A stretch of DNA of 64,000 nt from an uncultured Candidatus Saccharibacteria bacterium (GCA_964402215.1 CAYOAT010000003.1:29167-93166), one strand, 5' to 3'; positions 1 through 9,298 are shown, counted from the stretch's first letter. The notes: a model not told the origin generated them from the letters alone. A program made the numbers and translations.

Positions 1-289
1 CGATGATGATTGTGTCGCGGTGGATACTGGTGATCATTGGGGTGATTTGGCTTCAGAACTTTCTAAATATATACCAAAATTACCTGTAGACCCGATGGGT
101 GGACAGGGGAAGGACGAGAACGGAGATGATGCAGGATATTATTCATATTATTATGCAACACCGGGGCACATAAAGGTCCATATAGGTGAATATGATCAGC
201 CATTTGATAATAGTTCTTATCTTATTGCTGCACAGTTATTGGAATCTACAGAAGGAGAGTCGTTTTCAAAGGGTTTCGGTTCGTTCTAA
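1..289 (+). CDS. Partial CDS (5' end outside window): C-terminal domain of a type IV pilin-like paralog
   Basis: Translation (ORF 20..289, open to window start) aligns with the C-terminus of the 1045..1956 pilin: shared W.DLA.EL..YI..LPVDP...YYYA.PG...QLE..GE.FS.GFGS pattern ending GFGSF/GFGSW. Confidence 0.5.
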   Translation, partial: DDDCVAVDTGDHWGDLASELSKYIPKLPVDPMGGQGKDENGDDAGYYSYYYATPGHIKVHIGEYDQPFDNSSYLIAAQLLESTEGESFSKGFGSF

Positions 290-302
290 CTCAATCTTCG
301 TA

Positions 303-345
303 ATTTAAAAACACCCCGTTCTCCTAAGCGGGGTGTTTTTTTGGA
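303..345 (+). terminator. Rho-independent terminator (GC hairpin aacaccccg...cggggtgttttttt)
   Basis: Inverted repeat CACCCCG/CGGGGTG followed by a T-run directly after the stop of the partial pilin gene. Confidence 0.6.
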
Positions 346-424
346 TGTGATATTCAATTAAAAATAAATACAAAAAAACCCGCGCAGTTTGCACTGTGCG
401 GGCCTAGATCGAAAATCGATCAGG

Positions 425-874
425 TTACTTCATGCTTGTTGTCACCAGATAACCACCGCCTAGGACCATCGAGATCCCAATTAGTAGCTTTGGCAACAAA
501 ACATGTTCGGCCTCATCAAACACTGTCAGGCCGATTATCGAAGAAATTACTGGGTAAGTTGCAAAAAGAACAATTACAATGCACATCTTTGATTCTGGAT
601 GTGCAAGTGAATGTGAACTTGCAATAAAACCAATGCCACAGATAATTGCTGCCACAGCTCCAATCAATGCAGATTGAACATTTGGAAAGCAATTATTTGC
701 GGCAATTGATTCCCTGGATATAATCGAGACCAATGCAATAGCTCCGAGGCAAAGTCCGTAGATAAGGTTGAAACCTTCTGCGGTCAGACCTTTACCAAGA
801 GCGAGTTTGGCGATTGGGCCAGATATACCAAAGCAAACTGAGGCGACAAGCGCCCAAAAAATATCAATTTTCAA
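425..874 (-). CDS. Small EamA/DMT-like membrane protein (4-5 TM)
   Basis: 149 aa, entirely hydrophobic helices with Gly/Ala-rich EamA-like pattern. A hairpin at ~370-405 followed by a T-run on the minus strand is its likely terminator. Confidence 0.45.
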   Translation of the reverse strand: MKIDIFWALVASVCFGISGPIAKLALGKGLTAEGFNLIYGLCLGAIALVSIISRESIAANNCFPNVQSALIGAVAAIICGIGFIASSHSLAHPESKMCIVIVLFATYPVISSIIGLTVFDEAEHVLLPKLLIGISMVLGGGYLVTTSMK

Positions 875-1044
875 CTTCTTTCTCCTTTGTTAAGTGAACG
901 GTTAAATCTTCTTCCCGCGCAAATTTATACTAAAAATGTTATGTTTTGTCAATTGCGGTTTTAAGTTCTGTTTAGCTTTTTGATTTCGTTTATATCCAAG
1001 CTATAATACATTATTGTTCGTTTAATAGTTTAAATAATTTCAAT

Positions 1045-1956
1045 ATGTCATTTAACATCTCTCGTCGTTCTAGCACACAGAAGGGTTTCACTCTCTTAGA
1101 AATGCTTTTGGTGATTGCAATCATTGCAATACTTGCGGCAATTGTCATCGTCGCAATTAATCCTGCTCGACAATTAGCTCAGGCACGTAATGCACAGAGA
1201 GCTAGTGATTTAAATGCTCTATACAAAGCCACACAGCAATATTTAATTGATAATAACGGTGTATGGCCCGAAGCAGCTAGTTTGGATGAGGATCTACAAG
1301 AAATTTGTGGTACTGGTGGTGGCACCAGCGGGTGTGTTGATTTGACGGCTGAACTTGTCCCAGACTATATAGCTGCTCTTCCACAAAATCCAGACGGTGG
1401 TAATTATCATATAGCGATTAGACAAAATAAACCCGCTCTTATGGCTCCTGGTAGTACAGAAAATGATCTTGTTGGTGTAGTCATTGGAAATGTTGAACAA
1501 AGTGAAGTTTCAGAAGGTGAGGAAGATCCAGAAGATTGTTCTGATTTAACTGGTGATGATAGACGAGTTTGTGATTTGGCAGCAATTCATGAAGCAATAG
1601 AAGATTATATTGCTGATAATGATCATGCGCCTTATTTGGGTGGTGGGTGTACCATGGAAAATGGTCAAGATGATCTTTGCATCGCTTACGATTTTTCTGG
1701 TTCTTGGGATATTCTTGCGGGTGAACTTGCTGATTATATTGATCCATTACCAGTCGACCCTTGCGGTGAGGATTGTTATTATGAGGCAGACGGCACAAAG
1801 TTCTTTTTTTCATATGGATATGCTGCACCAGGAGAATTAGTTGATTTTTGTGCGGACCGCGAATGTGTAGGTGATAATACTGCGTATGGTTTACATGCCG
1901 AACAGTTAGAGGATGAGGTTGGCGGTCGAATTAGTTACGGTTTTGGTTCTTGGTAA
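1045..1956 (+). CDS. Type IV pilin-like protein (prepilin N-terminal cleavage/methylation domain) with Cys-containing C-terminal domain
   Basis: N-terminus ...KGFTLLEMLLVIAIIAILAAIVIVAINPARQLAQARNAQRASDLNAL: class III signal peptide with G|FTLLE cleavage motif. TATAAT-like -10 upstream (~995). Confidence 0.8.
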   Translation: MSFNISRRSSTQKGFTLLEMLLVIAIIAILAAIVIVAINPARQLAQARNAQRASDLNALYKATQQYLIDNNGVWPEAASLDEDLQEICGTGGGTSGCVDLTAELVPDYIAALPQNPDGGNYHIAIRQNKPALMAPGSTENDLVGVVIGNVEQSEVSEGEEDPEDCSDLTGDDRRVCDLAAIHEAIEDYIADNDHAPYLGGGCTMENGQDDLCIAYDFSGSWDILAGELADYIDPLPVDPCGEDCYYEADGTKFFFSYGYAAPGELVDFCADRECVGDNTAYGLHAEQLEDEVGGRISYGFGSW

Positions 1957-1984
1957 ATTCAGTATAAAAAGCTAACATATAGAA

Positions 1985-3340
1985 ATGTCATATATTATTT
2001 CAATTTCTCACGCGCTGCTAGATATTTTTGCAGGCGGCCGAAGTAATGTAAAAGTTTACCTATTCTTTGTATATTTTGCGGTTTTATTTTTGATTACTTT
2101 TCTTGTAAAAAGAAATCTTTCTGAAAAAACAAAAAAAATAAGCCAATATTTATTTTTATCAACGATAATCGCGGGACATATTCTTGGTTCAATTGTTTTT
2201 TTGAATTTCGCCCATCAGTATGGTTTTGAAAAGAATGATTTTGTTTTGACATTTAATAACGGGGAAGTTTCCAGTTCCCAATTGTCGCATAATCATGTTT
2301 TGAAAGGTTCTGTTGGATTGGGTCTAAATCATTTTGACAGTGGAAAATTTGAAAACATTGATGCCGGGCTTCCTTTCGTTGGAATTATTCCAGGTTACAT
2401 TTTGTGGGTTGGAATAATCTTGGTTTTACTAGCGGCATTTTCTTCTCTAGTATTTTTTGCAACTTTAATTTCGCAAAGAACTAATTTATCCAAAAAAGTT
2501 ATATTTTTGGTGGCATTTGCATTTGCAGCGTTTCCCTTGATAAAAGCGATTTCTGATGGGGGACTTTTCTTATCAAATACTTTGCCAATATTGGCAGCAC
2601 TCTTTTATGGAATATATAACAGTAAAAATGGAAAAAAACTTTGTGTGATTACGTCCGCACTTTATGTCGCATGGACAATTATCGCCTGGAAATATTTCTT
2701 CTTTGAAGAGGATTATCAATTAAAAGCCCATATTTTGGCCAGCATTATTCCTTTTACAATTTTAATGACCCTTTTTGTCGTAGAAAAACACGCGACGAGA
2801 AGAGTCTCATATCTATTAGGAATAGTTCTTGTTCTTTCAATTATTTATTACCCGATGTACACCGAATTAAGTACGATTTCAAAATATCGAGAACACAAAG
2901 CCGTGGGCGGGATTGTTGCGCTTTATTCTACGCCAACAGATTTTCCTGGAACATTTAAATCAAGTCTAGGTGGCTTAAATTTTTATGAAATCAATGAAAA
3001 TATTTTGGTTGATGACGTTATTAATAAATATTATTTGTTAGACAATATTTATCCTGTTGCTGTACCGTGGAAAACATGTATTCCAACAACGTTTGGTGAT
3101 GAATATACTTTTTCTGTTAATGTGAAAAGTGATCAGGTTATTGATTTAGAAAATAAAATTAAATTATCACAATTTAATAAAACCGAAGTTAAGTTTGTTG
3201 AGGAAAAGGATGGAATATCAAAATATGATGCGGCAGTCACAATAAAACCTTGTTTGCCAAGGCACTTGAACGTTATGCAAGAATATTTAAAGAGTAAATT
3301 TGTCGAACCATTCTTTGTATATAATATTAATAAAATATAA
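1985..3340 (+). CDS. Polytopic membrane protein with C-terminal soluble domain, function unknown
   Basis: 451 aa, ~9-10 predicted hydrophobic helices in the first 300 aa, directly downstream of the pilin gene. No recognisable catalytic motif. Confidence 0.4.
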   Translation: MSYIISISHALLDIFAGGRSNVKVYLFFVYFAVLFLITFLVKRNLSEKTKKISQYLFLSTIIAGHILGSIVFLNFAHQYGFEKNDFVLTFNNGEVSSSQLSHNHVLKGSVGLGLNHFDSGKFENIDAGLPFVGIIPGYILWVGIILVLLAAFSSLVFFATLISQRTNLSKKVIFLVAFAFAAFPLIKAISDGGLFLSNTLPILAALFYGIYNSKNGKKLCVITSALYVAWTIIAWKYFFFEEDYQLKAHILASIIPFTILMTLFVVEKHATRRVSYLLGIVLVLSIIYYPMYTELSTISKYREHKAVGGIVALYSTPTDFPGTFKSSLGGLNFYEINENILVDDVINKYYLLDNIYPVAVPWKTCIPTTFGDEYTFSVNVKSDQVIDLENKIKLSQFNKTEVKFVEEKDGISKYDAAVTIKPCLPRHLNVMQEYLKSKFVEPFFVYNINKI

Positions 3341-3849
3341 TGAAAGAAATTTTTATTAATGTTTTTATCTTTTTAATTCCCCCGATGATTGTTAACGGAT
3401 CGTTTAATTTCTTATCACCATTACGTAGAAAAAATTCTTTTTTTGCAAAATTAGATAGACCAATTGATTTTGGTAAATTGTTTTTTGATGGCCGCAGAAT
3501 ACTGGGGGATTCCACGACTTTTCCTGGAATTATTGTCGCAATAATAGTCGGACCTATCGTTGGTTTTATTGTTTATAATTCACTTTACATTGGTCTACTT
3601 ATTGGAATTTGTACTTATCTTGGCCACGCGGTTGGAAGTTTTTTGAAAAGAAGAGTGGGAATTTCAGATGGTAAATTTTTGCCAGTAATTGATCATAGTG
3701 ATTATATAATGTTCAATGGAATTGTTTGGTTAGTGCTCGGACTATTAAGTTTTAAAATATTCTTAATTTCTTGGTTAACTATTTTAATTATTCACCCAAT
3801 GTTTTGCTATTTAGGATATAAATTAGGAATTCGCACAACAATACTTTAA
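3340..3849 (+). CDS. carS: CDP-archaeol synthase-like CTP-transferase (CarS/DUF46 family) membrane protein
   Basis: 169 aa. Motifs LIPPMIVNGSFN, RPIDFGKLFFDGRRILGDSTTFPG, GSFLKRRVGISDGKFLPVIDHSDY and IIHPMFCYLGYKLG match archaeal CarS blocks (ANGSPV / PVDFxKxxxDGKRIFGxGKTWxG / GSFLKRRLGIxRG...DQxDF). 5 TM. Confidence 0.65.
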   Translation: MKEIFINVFIFLIPPMIVNGSFNFLSPLRRKNSFFAKLDRPIDFGKLFFDGRRILGDSTTFPGIIVAIIVGPIVGFIVYNSLYIGLLIGICTYLGHAVGSFLKRRVGISDGKFLPVIDHSDYIMFNGIVWLVLGLLSFKIFLISWLTILIIHPMFCYLGYKLGIRTTIL

Positions 3850-4436
3850 CTAACTTTCTTTTTTTTATAAAAAACTAAAATTGTTAACAACAACATAATT
3901 ATTATTCCCAAAGAAAATCCAATCAATCCGTATTTGCCTGTGAAAATATAAATGTAATGGGAGGCTTGCCAGCCGATTAGACCTAAAATAGTGATTCTAA
4001 TAATTGATCCAAGAAATGTAACAATTAAAAATGTTTTGAGTGAAAAATTCCACAAACCACCAATGACTGTCGCCACAAGACCTGAAAAATTTGGCAATAA
4101 TCGCATTAAAAAAAACATAGAAATAGAACCATCTTTGTGAGAAAGGGAGTTTTCTTTAATTTTATGAATTATTTTTTGTAATTTGGTTTGTTTTTCATCA
4201 ATCTTTGTAAATCCATATTTTGATAAGAGAAAGATCGGAATAGAGCCAATAGCGACGCCAAGAGCGGCGGGTAAAACTAAAAATAAAAAGAAATATCCAA
4301 AATTTAAAAAATTTAGCGGATTGCCAATCATAAATCCACCGATTGATACTTGGGCGACTGTCGAAGGAATAAAGAAAAGAATTTCTTCAAGAACTGAAAG
4401 TGACAATGATATATAAATAAAAAATAGTGCAGTCAT
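3846..4436 (-). CDS. DedA/VTT-like membrane protein (tentative)
   Basis: 196 aa multi-TM protein with a Gly-rich re-entrant-like segment (VATVIGGLWNFSLKTFLIVTFLGSIIRI). Family assignment tentative. Confidence 0.35.
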   Translation of the reverse strand: MTALFFIYISLSLSVLEEILFFIPSTVAQVSIGGFMIGNPLNFLNFGYFFLFLVLPAALGVAIGSIPIFLLSKYGFTKIDEKQTKLQKIIHKIKENSLSHKDGSISMFFLMRLLPNFSGLVATVIGGLWNFSLKTFLIVTFLGSIIRITILGLIGWQASHYIYIFTGKYGLIGFSLGIIIMLLLTILVFYKKKKVS

Positions 4437-4545
4437 TTAATTTGTTTATCAATTATAATTTGGTTTTAACAAGAATGCGAATATTATTCAATTTCTGAAG
4501 AATTTTAAAACCCGCTGCAGTTGCAACGGGTTTTGTTGAGGGATG

Positions 4546-4950
4546 TTAATCTCTCGCTTTGCGAACATCCTTTATCGTGATGAGTTTTTCGCCCCTTGGC
4601 AGAAGTGCCATGTTTCCATTTCCACCCAGGATTTCGAGCCCTCCATTTGGGAGGCGACGCCACCCATGTTTCAAAAGAACGACCAGGAAACCGTCGCTTC
4701 GATCATCAAGTTTCCAGTCGATTTTGTCAAACGGCTGGTGAGCTATCCAATCACATTCGATTTCGATTGAACCACTGATGAGAATGATTGAACGAATTCT
4801 CCCACCAACTAGTTTGTCACGAGTAACGTGATGTGATAAAACTGCTTGGCAACCGATGTAGCCATTCAGCATGGATTGACTCAGTGTATCCGCCCCGCGT
4901 TCGACAAGGGCGTCGAGCATGGCTTCGTACAAATATGTATGTCTTGGCAC
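4546..4950 (-). CDS. Hypothetical protein resembling the C-terminal half of an MJ0936/YfcE-type metallophosphoesterase (possibly an N-terminally truncated remnant)
   Basis: CQAVLSHHVTRDKLVGGRIRSIILISGSIE resembles the C-terminal GHTH...NPGS block of calcineurin-like phosphoesterases. N-terminal metal-binding motifs are absent. Region is visibly GC-richer than surroundings. Confidence 0.25.
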   Translation of the reverse strand: MPRHTYLYEAMLDALVERGADTLSQSMLNGYIGCQAVLSHHVTRDKLVGGRIRSIILISGSIEIECDWIAHQPFDKIDWKLDDRSDGFLVVLLKHGWRRLPNGGLEILGGNGNMALLPRGEKLITIKDVRKARD

Positions 4951-5098
4951 GTAACGTTCTCCTTTGCTTTCTGTTTATAGTTCCAATTCCGTATATGACA
5001 TTACCACTGGTTATTATATGTGTCAACTTCGCAGAAAGTTATAGAAAATAATCAAAATAAAAAGCCCCGCCGGTGTTTTTAGGGCGGGGGATAAGGGT

Positions 5099-5434
5099 TT
5101 AGGAACAAATTGAAATAATTATCTGACTTTCCGATTCGCTGCCATCAAGTGATTCGTGATAGATTTCTTTTTTTCTTTCTGTCGTTGTTGCGGCCTCAAG
5201 GTCACTTATAGATTGTCTCTCTATTGCTTTTTCAATCGCAATTGCTTCTTTGCTTCCGGGCCGTGCTTCTGCCAGTAAGTCATGTCTGTCACGCTGGGTT
5301 ATTGCTTCTCTTAGTCTTTCCATCAAATCGTCGTGCGCAGGTAGTTTGATACCAAACGCAACGGCAATTTTCCAAGCATCGATACCGTGCTTTCTGTGGA
5401 GCGCGATACAATCTTTATATGTTTTTGGTGCCAT
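5099..5434 (-). CDS. Hypothetical protein, possible small DNA-binding protein
   Basis: Likely start MAPKTYK (internal Met of ORF 5099..5500). Segment YKDCIALHRKHGIDAWKIAVAFGIK is HTH-like. Terminator hairpin at ~5060-5095. Divergently shares the 21-bp palindrome with 5492 gene. Confidence 0.3.
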   Translation of the reverse strand: MAPKTYKDCIALHRKHGIDAWKIAVAFGIKLPAHDDLMERLREAITQRDRHDLLAEARPGSKEAIAIEKAIERQSISDLEAATTTERKKEIYHESLDGSESESQIIISICS

Positions 5435-5460
5435 CTGTAATGTCCTTTCTGAGGAAAATA

Positions 5461-5481
5461 TTATCACAAATTTTGTGATAA
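5461..5481. promoter_or_regulatory. Perfect 21-bp palindrome TTATCACAAA-T-TTTGTGATAA in divergent promoter region (putative operator)
   Basis: Read directly: positions 5461-5481 are an exact inverted repeat, 27 bp upstream of the minus-strand ATG (5434) and 11 bp upstream of the plus-strand ATG (5492). Confidence 0.55.
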
Positions 5482-5491
5482 TATAGTAAAT

Positions 5492-5746
5492 ATGAGTCAT
5501 GAAACATTTAAAAAAATAGATCCACCAATTGAATCAGAATTGGCGCTCGACACAAGGCAAGCGCTTTTGGATTTAATAAAATTAAAAAATTACGGCGGTT
5601 TGGATACTGAAAAAATTAATATACAGTTATTATTTATAAAAGAGAGAATTAAAAATCTTTTTGAAAATAATGATCCGTATGCAGAAGAGCTAAGCGATAT
5701 GTTAAAAGGGAATTTTAGTGGTTTTGAACAAGGCTCTATTGAATAG
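5492..5746 (+). CDS. Hypothetical small protein (84 aa)
   Basis: ORF followed by GC hairpin terminator at ~5766-5800 (cacctcgcgctcgcgggtg + T-run). Confidence 0.3.
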   Translation: MSHETFKKIDPPIESELALDTRQALLDLIKLKNYGGLDTEKINIQLLFIKERIKNLFENNDPYAEELSDMLKGNFSGFEQGSIE

Positions 5747-5806
5747 TAGATTTTTTTGAATAAAAAGAAAACACCTCGCGCTCGCGGGTGTTCTTGTTTT
5801 TTTGTT

Positions 5807-6112
5807 TCATGTGAAGATCCTCCGAACAGCCCGCCAAAATGCGCGGAATATTCGTCGGACCAGGTTCAGCATTCCTCTTGCGAGAAACAGTGCAAACCTT
5901 TTGAGATGACAACTTGCCCATCTCAGGATCGCCTTTGTGGGTTTTGCGATGAATGTTTTGAACATCCATCGCAAGGGCTTGATCACAAGGTTCTGGCCAA
6001 TAACTCGCCAGTAACCCTTGAACAATTTAGGCCCGCCCAGAATCAGGGCAATACCTGATCCCGCGACGACCATGACCAGGATGTTTTGCAACATCATCAA
6101 CGTTTCGTTCAC
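5807..6112 (-). CDS. Hypothetical small membrane/basic protein
   Basis: 101 aa, N-terminal hydrophobic helix then Arg/Lys-rich tail. Competing + strand ORF 5756..6058 starts inside the terminator hairpin and is less likely. Confidence 0.2.
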   Translation of the reverse strand: MNETLMMLQNILVMVVAGSGIALILGGPKLFKGYWRVIGQNLVIKPLRWMFKTFIAKPTKAILRWASCHLKRFALFLARGMLNLVRRIFRAFWRAVRRIFT

Positions 6113-6194
6113 CTGAAATCCTTTCTTTAAGATTTGTGAATGTACTATTTATAAAATTATACCAGATTGTGATGGTATTGTCAAATGTAAATAT

Positions 6195-7127
6195 TTATTT
6201 CAAAAAGAAAGCTAATTTTGGAAGTAATGGGTCTATTTGAACTCCAACTCCTTCGTTTACTAAAAAATCTAAACCCGTCATATGATGTGCTAGATCCTCG
6301 TAGTTTGTTCCAAGTATTGTATTATATTCTTCGACAAGAATACCTTGGTTTGGGATACAAGATGTTTCGCTAATACCTTTTAGTTTTGCATAAGTAGCAG
6401 TGTGTTCCGCCTCACTTTCTTTTGGCTTAAAAATATTTTGCAAACCCTCGTCGTTTACAACAACATTTCGGTATTCTCTCTTTTCCCAATAGGCCGTATC
6501 GATAATTTGATCTCGTGTTGGAAACTCGGCACAATGCACAACAATACTTTTTACCATTTTAAGCATTTTTTCTGTACCATCAATACTGCTTTTAAGTTTA
6601 TCTGTTAGTGCAGCCTCATTTGGTAAGTTATTTGCCGCGGCTTCTTTTTTGTATTCAGAAGAATCAACAAAAAAATGTAAATGAGCGGTATCTGATTCTT
6701 TAAACTCGAAGCCTCTTTTTTGAGCTTCTAAAAGTGCAATTTTAAGTTTTTCGCCCAGCTGTTGAACAATAAGTTCTTGTGTTTGTGGATTAAAACTTTC
6801 GGCAAAATTGGCGTGGTAAACATCAGTCATCCTGGCTGAAGTTTTCTCTATACTGGAGGCGATTTTTTCATATTCAGCCTGAGTCAAGGAAATTCTACCG
6901 CCGGTTATTGGAAGGGTATGATTGATTACTCTTTCTACTGCTTCAATTTTTGATTCGGCTGAATCATTTGTTTCATGTTTATCGGCCAAAGTTGCAAAAG
7001 GAAGCATTCCAATAGCACCAAATGCTATGGCTTTTTTTAAAAACTCACGTCTCGAAAGATTACTATCCTCAGGATTATTTTTCTCAGGTGTTTCTATTTT
7101 TGGTTGTGGGGGACCTTCGAATTTCAT
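6195..7127 (-). CDS. Secreted hypothetical protein with twin-arginine (Tat)-type signal peptide
   Basis: N-terminus ...SRREFLKKAIAFGAIGMLPFATLA matches the S/T-RRxFLK Tat consensus plus hydrophobic h-region and AxA-like site. 310 aa, no recognised catalytic domain. Confidence 0.4.
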   Translation of the reverse strand: MKFEGPPQPKIETPEKNNPEDSNLSRREFLKKAIAFGAIGMLPFATLADKHETNDSAESKIEAVERVINHTLPITGGRISLTQAEYEKIASSIEKTSARMTDVYHANFAESFNPQTQELIVQQLGEKLKIALLEAQKRGFEFKESDTAHLHFFVDSSEYKKEAAANNLPNEAALTDKLKSSIDGTEKMLKMVKSIVVHCAEFPTRDQIIDTAYWEKREYRNVVVNDEGLQNIFKPKESEAEHTATYAKLKGISETSCIPNQGILVEEYNTILGTNYEDLAHHMTGLDFLVNEGVGVQIDPLLPKLAFFLK

Positions 7128-7234
7128 ATTTTTATTGTATTTACTTAATATAAGTATATCAAGTAAATACTAAACGATATTAAACAAAACAAAAGGACCA
7201 GATTTTGCAATCTGGTCCGTAGGTACATTTTCCG

Positions 7235-8017
7235 TTATTCTGAGCTGGTCGTTTCGTCGTTCGATAACGCGTCCAGTTCTCTTGCCAATTTGACTAGCTT
7301 GGCTTTTGCCTTCTCGCTAATCGGCATGGCGTCTTTCAAAATAGGAAGCATTTTTTCAGATGTAATATCTAAATCCATGCAGACTAACGCCATCCAGAAA
7401 CTGGCTGCCGTAGCGATTCTATCCGATTCGGATTCTTCATCATTTAGACTTGGCAACGTTGTCACTTGACCCGCATCGATAATATAGTTCATTATATTAT
7501 CGTAACGTTCACCGTCTGATTCTCCAGAGCACACGTCAATGACGAAATTTCCGTCAAGGTTAATTACTCTCCAGGTTTGTTTTATTGGCATAAATTCCTC
7601 TATGCCTAAAAACCTTGGTGACATATAAAATCCCGAACTCTGTGAGTCTTCCGGAGGAGGAAATTCCAAGTTCACCAAGAGAGCAGCCAACGTGGATTTC
7701 ACGTCAGTAACCTCCAATGAAATTGTGACATCCCAATCGTCGCCCGATTGTTCCTCGGCAAGAATGGAAAAATTTCTCCATTGAATCGGGGTTGTTTTCA
7801 TCGCTTCAATGAAAACGTCCTTATCCCTTGAATTGACTGTTTGCTCTTGCATTTGACTGTAGCGCTCAAACTTCCAATTCTTGAAAAAAGACTGAACAAC
7901 TTTGCCGGCCGGGCTTAAGGATTTCTCAGGCACAGCCTGTTTAAAACCACACCCAGACCAAGCAAACACCATTGCCAATATCATGGCAAAACAAACCATT
8001 TTCGTCTTCATCAGCAT
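7235..8017 (-). CDS. Putative lipoprotein, function unknown
   Basis: N-terminus MKTKMVCFAMILAMVFAWSGCG: signal peptide with lipobox-like ...WSG|C. Minus-strand terminator hairpin ggaccagatt..aatctggtcc at ~7195-7220. Confidence 0.4.
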   Translation of the reverse strand: MLMKTKMVCFAMILAMVFAWSGCGFKQAVPEKSLSPAGKVVQSFFKNWKFERYSQMQEQTVNSRDKDVFIEAMKTTPIQWRNFSILAEEQSGDDWDVTISLEVTDVKSTLAALLVNLEFPPPEDSQSSGFYMSPRFLGIEEFMPIKQTWRVINLDGNFVIDVCSGESDGERYDNIMNYIIDAGQVTTLPSLNDEESESDRIATAASFWMALVCMDLDITSEKMLPILKDAMPISEKAKAKLVKLARELDALSNDETTSSE

Positions 8018-8155
8018 CTCCCTTTGTTTTAATGTACTTTATTTAGTTTAGTATCTTCTTACCTAAAATTCTCAAAAAAATATACAAAATAATATTGTGC
8101 TTGTCAAATTATCAAAAAATAAAAAACCCCGCGCGAATGCGACGGGGCAAGTATT

Positions 8156-8485
8156 CTATTGTTGCATCACTTGTTCATTGATCGAATAGGTGATGACACC
8201 CGAATCAAAATTTGAAGGATTGTCAGTGCCGATTGCCGCTTTGACAATTGCGATTGCTTCAAATTGAATTGATTCGCCATTGTAGCACATTGGACCAACA
8301 GGTGGGGTTAACACACCTTTCACTTTGAATCCCTCAGTTCCATCTTTCCAGAAGCACACGTGGCTAATTGTTCTGCATTTGAAGACAACGTGTCCCGCAA
8401 AATGCATTTCCATTCTGTGCTCAACGGCCAACATAGCTGCTTCGATTTTATCAGTAAGAACTATTTTTTTCATTTTCAACCTCAC
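8156..8485 (-). CDS. Hypothetical protein
   Basis: 109 aa ORF (probable start MKKIV...). GC-rich terminator ccccgcgcgaatgcgacgggg at ~8128-8150 downstream on minus strand. Confidence 0.3.
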   Translation of the reverse strand: MRLKMKKIVLTDKIEAAMLAVEHRMEMHFAGHVVFKCRTISHVCFWKDGTEGFKVKGVLTPPVGPMCYNGESIQFEAIAIVKAAIGTDNPSNFDSGVITYSINEQVMQQ

Positions 8486-8640
8486 TTGCTGCGGTTTACT
8501 TATAGAAATATTCTATAAATAGTTAACATTGCGCTAACATTTATTACATTGCCAGACAATTTAAAAATGTCAAAGTACACAATTTATTTAAAATGAAAAC
8601 ACCCCGTCAGAAAACGTGCGATGTTTTCACGACGAGGTGT

Positions 8641-8916
8641 CTAAAATATCCAAGAGAATGGCGCTAGTGCCGCTTCGACGCACCACTGAAGGATACTTCT
8701 TACGACTATTTCTAGCCATAGAATAACCCAGAAGATTCCGCCGATGATGGCGAGAATAGCATAGGCCACGATGACCCACAGAACAGTTTCTGCCAAGAAT
8801 TCCAGTGCCCTTGCAGCGGCACTTTTCTCGGCATAGCGGTGGCTATTTTCGCTGGCCACGATGGCGGCGACAACAACAATCACCGCGAGGATCAGGAAAC
8901 CAATCAAGTCTTGCAT
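8641..8916 (-). CDS. Small membrane protein (2-3 TM)
   Basis: 91 aa, mostly hydrophobic. Confidence 0.3.
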   Translation of the reverse strand: MQDLIGFLILAVIVVVAAIVASENSHRYAEKSAAARALEFLAETVLWVIVAYAILAIIGGIFWVILWLEIVVRSILQWCVEAALAPFSWIF

Positions 8917-8928
8917 GTTTCTCCTTTT

Positions 8929-9159
8929 TTAACGGCAGGTGTTGATGTATATTGCAATCCGCCCAACTATTTCGGTTTCTGCCCCAACAGTTGCGTTAGG
9001 GAACGATTCGTTTATGGTGCGAATCACGAAATTTTGTTGAGATTCAGACAGTACGGCATCGGTGTTCACTGCTTGCCATATTTGTTCCGTGAAATCTCGA
9101 GCGTGTGATCCTGAAGCTCGACTGGTTATCAGTTTCGCCAAAAACTCCTTTGCGTTCAT
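8929..9159 (-). CDS. Hypothetical small protein
   Basis: 76 aa ORF tightly following upstream gene on minus strand. Confidence 0.25.
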   Translation of the reverse strand: MNAKEFLAKLITSRASGSHARDFTEQIWQAVNTDAVLSESQQNFVIRTINESFPNATVGAETEIVGRIAIYINTCR

Positions 9160-9298
9160 TTTTCTCCTTTTTTTGTTTCTTAAATGTACAAGTTTAGTAA
9201 GATTATACTATGTTTATTGTAAATGTCAAATATAAATTAAACGATTAAAAAACCACTCATCGAAATGAGTGGTATGTTGAGTCAGAAAGTATATTTTT

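Noticed and set aside
1481-1828. Minus-strand ORFs (115 aa and others) inside pilin gene 1045..1956
   Set aside because: They are antisense to a well-supported pilin CDS. Their composition is low-complexity and they have no motif.
5756-6058. Plus-strand 100-aa Cys-rich ORF
   Set aside because: It begins within the terminator hairpin of the upstream gene and overlaps a minus-strand ORF. Its composition reflects the local GC-rich sequence. I kept the minus-strand ORF instead, also at low confidence.
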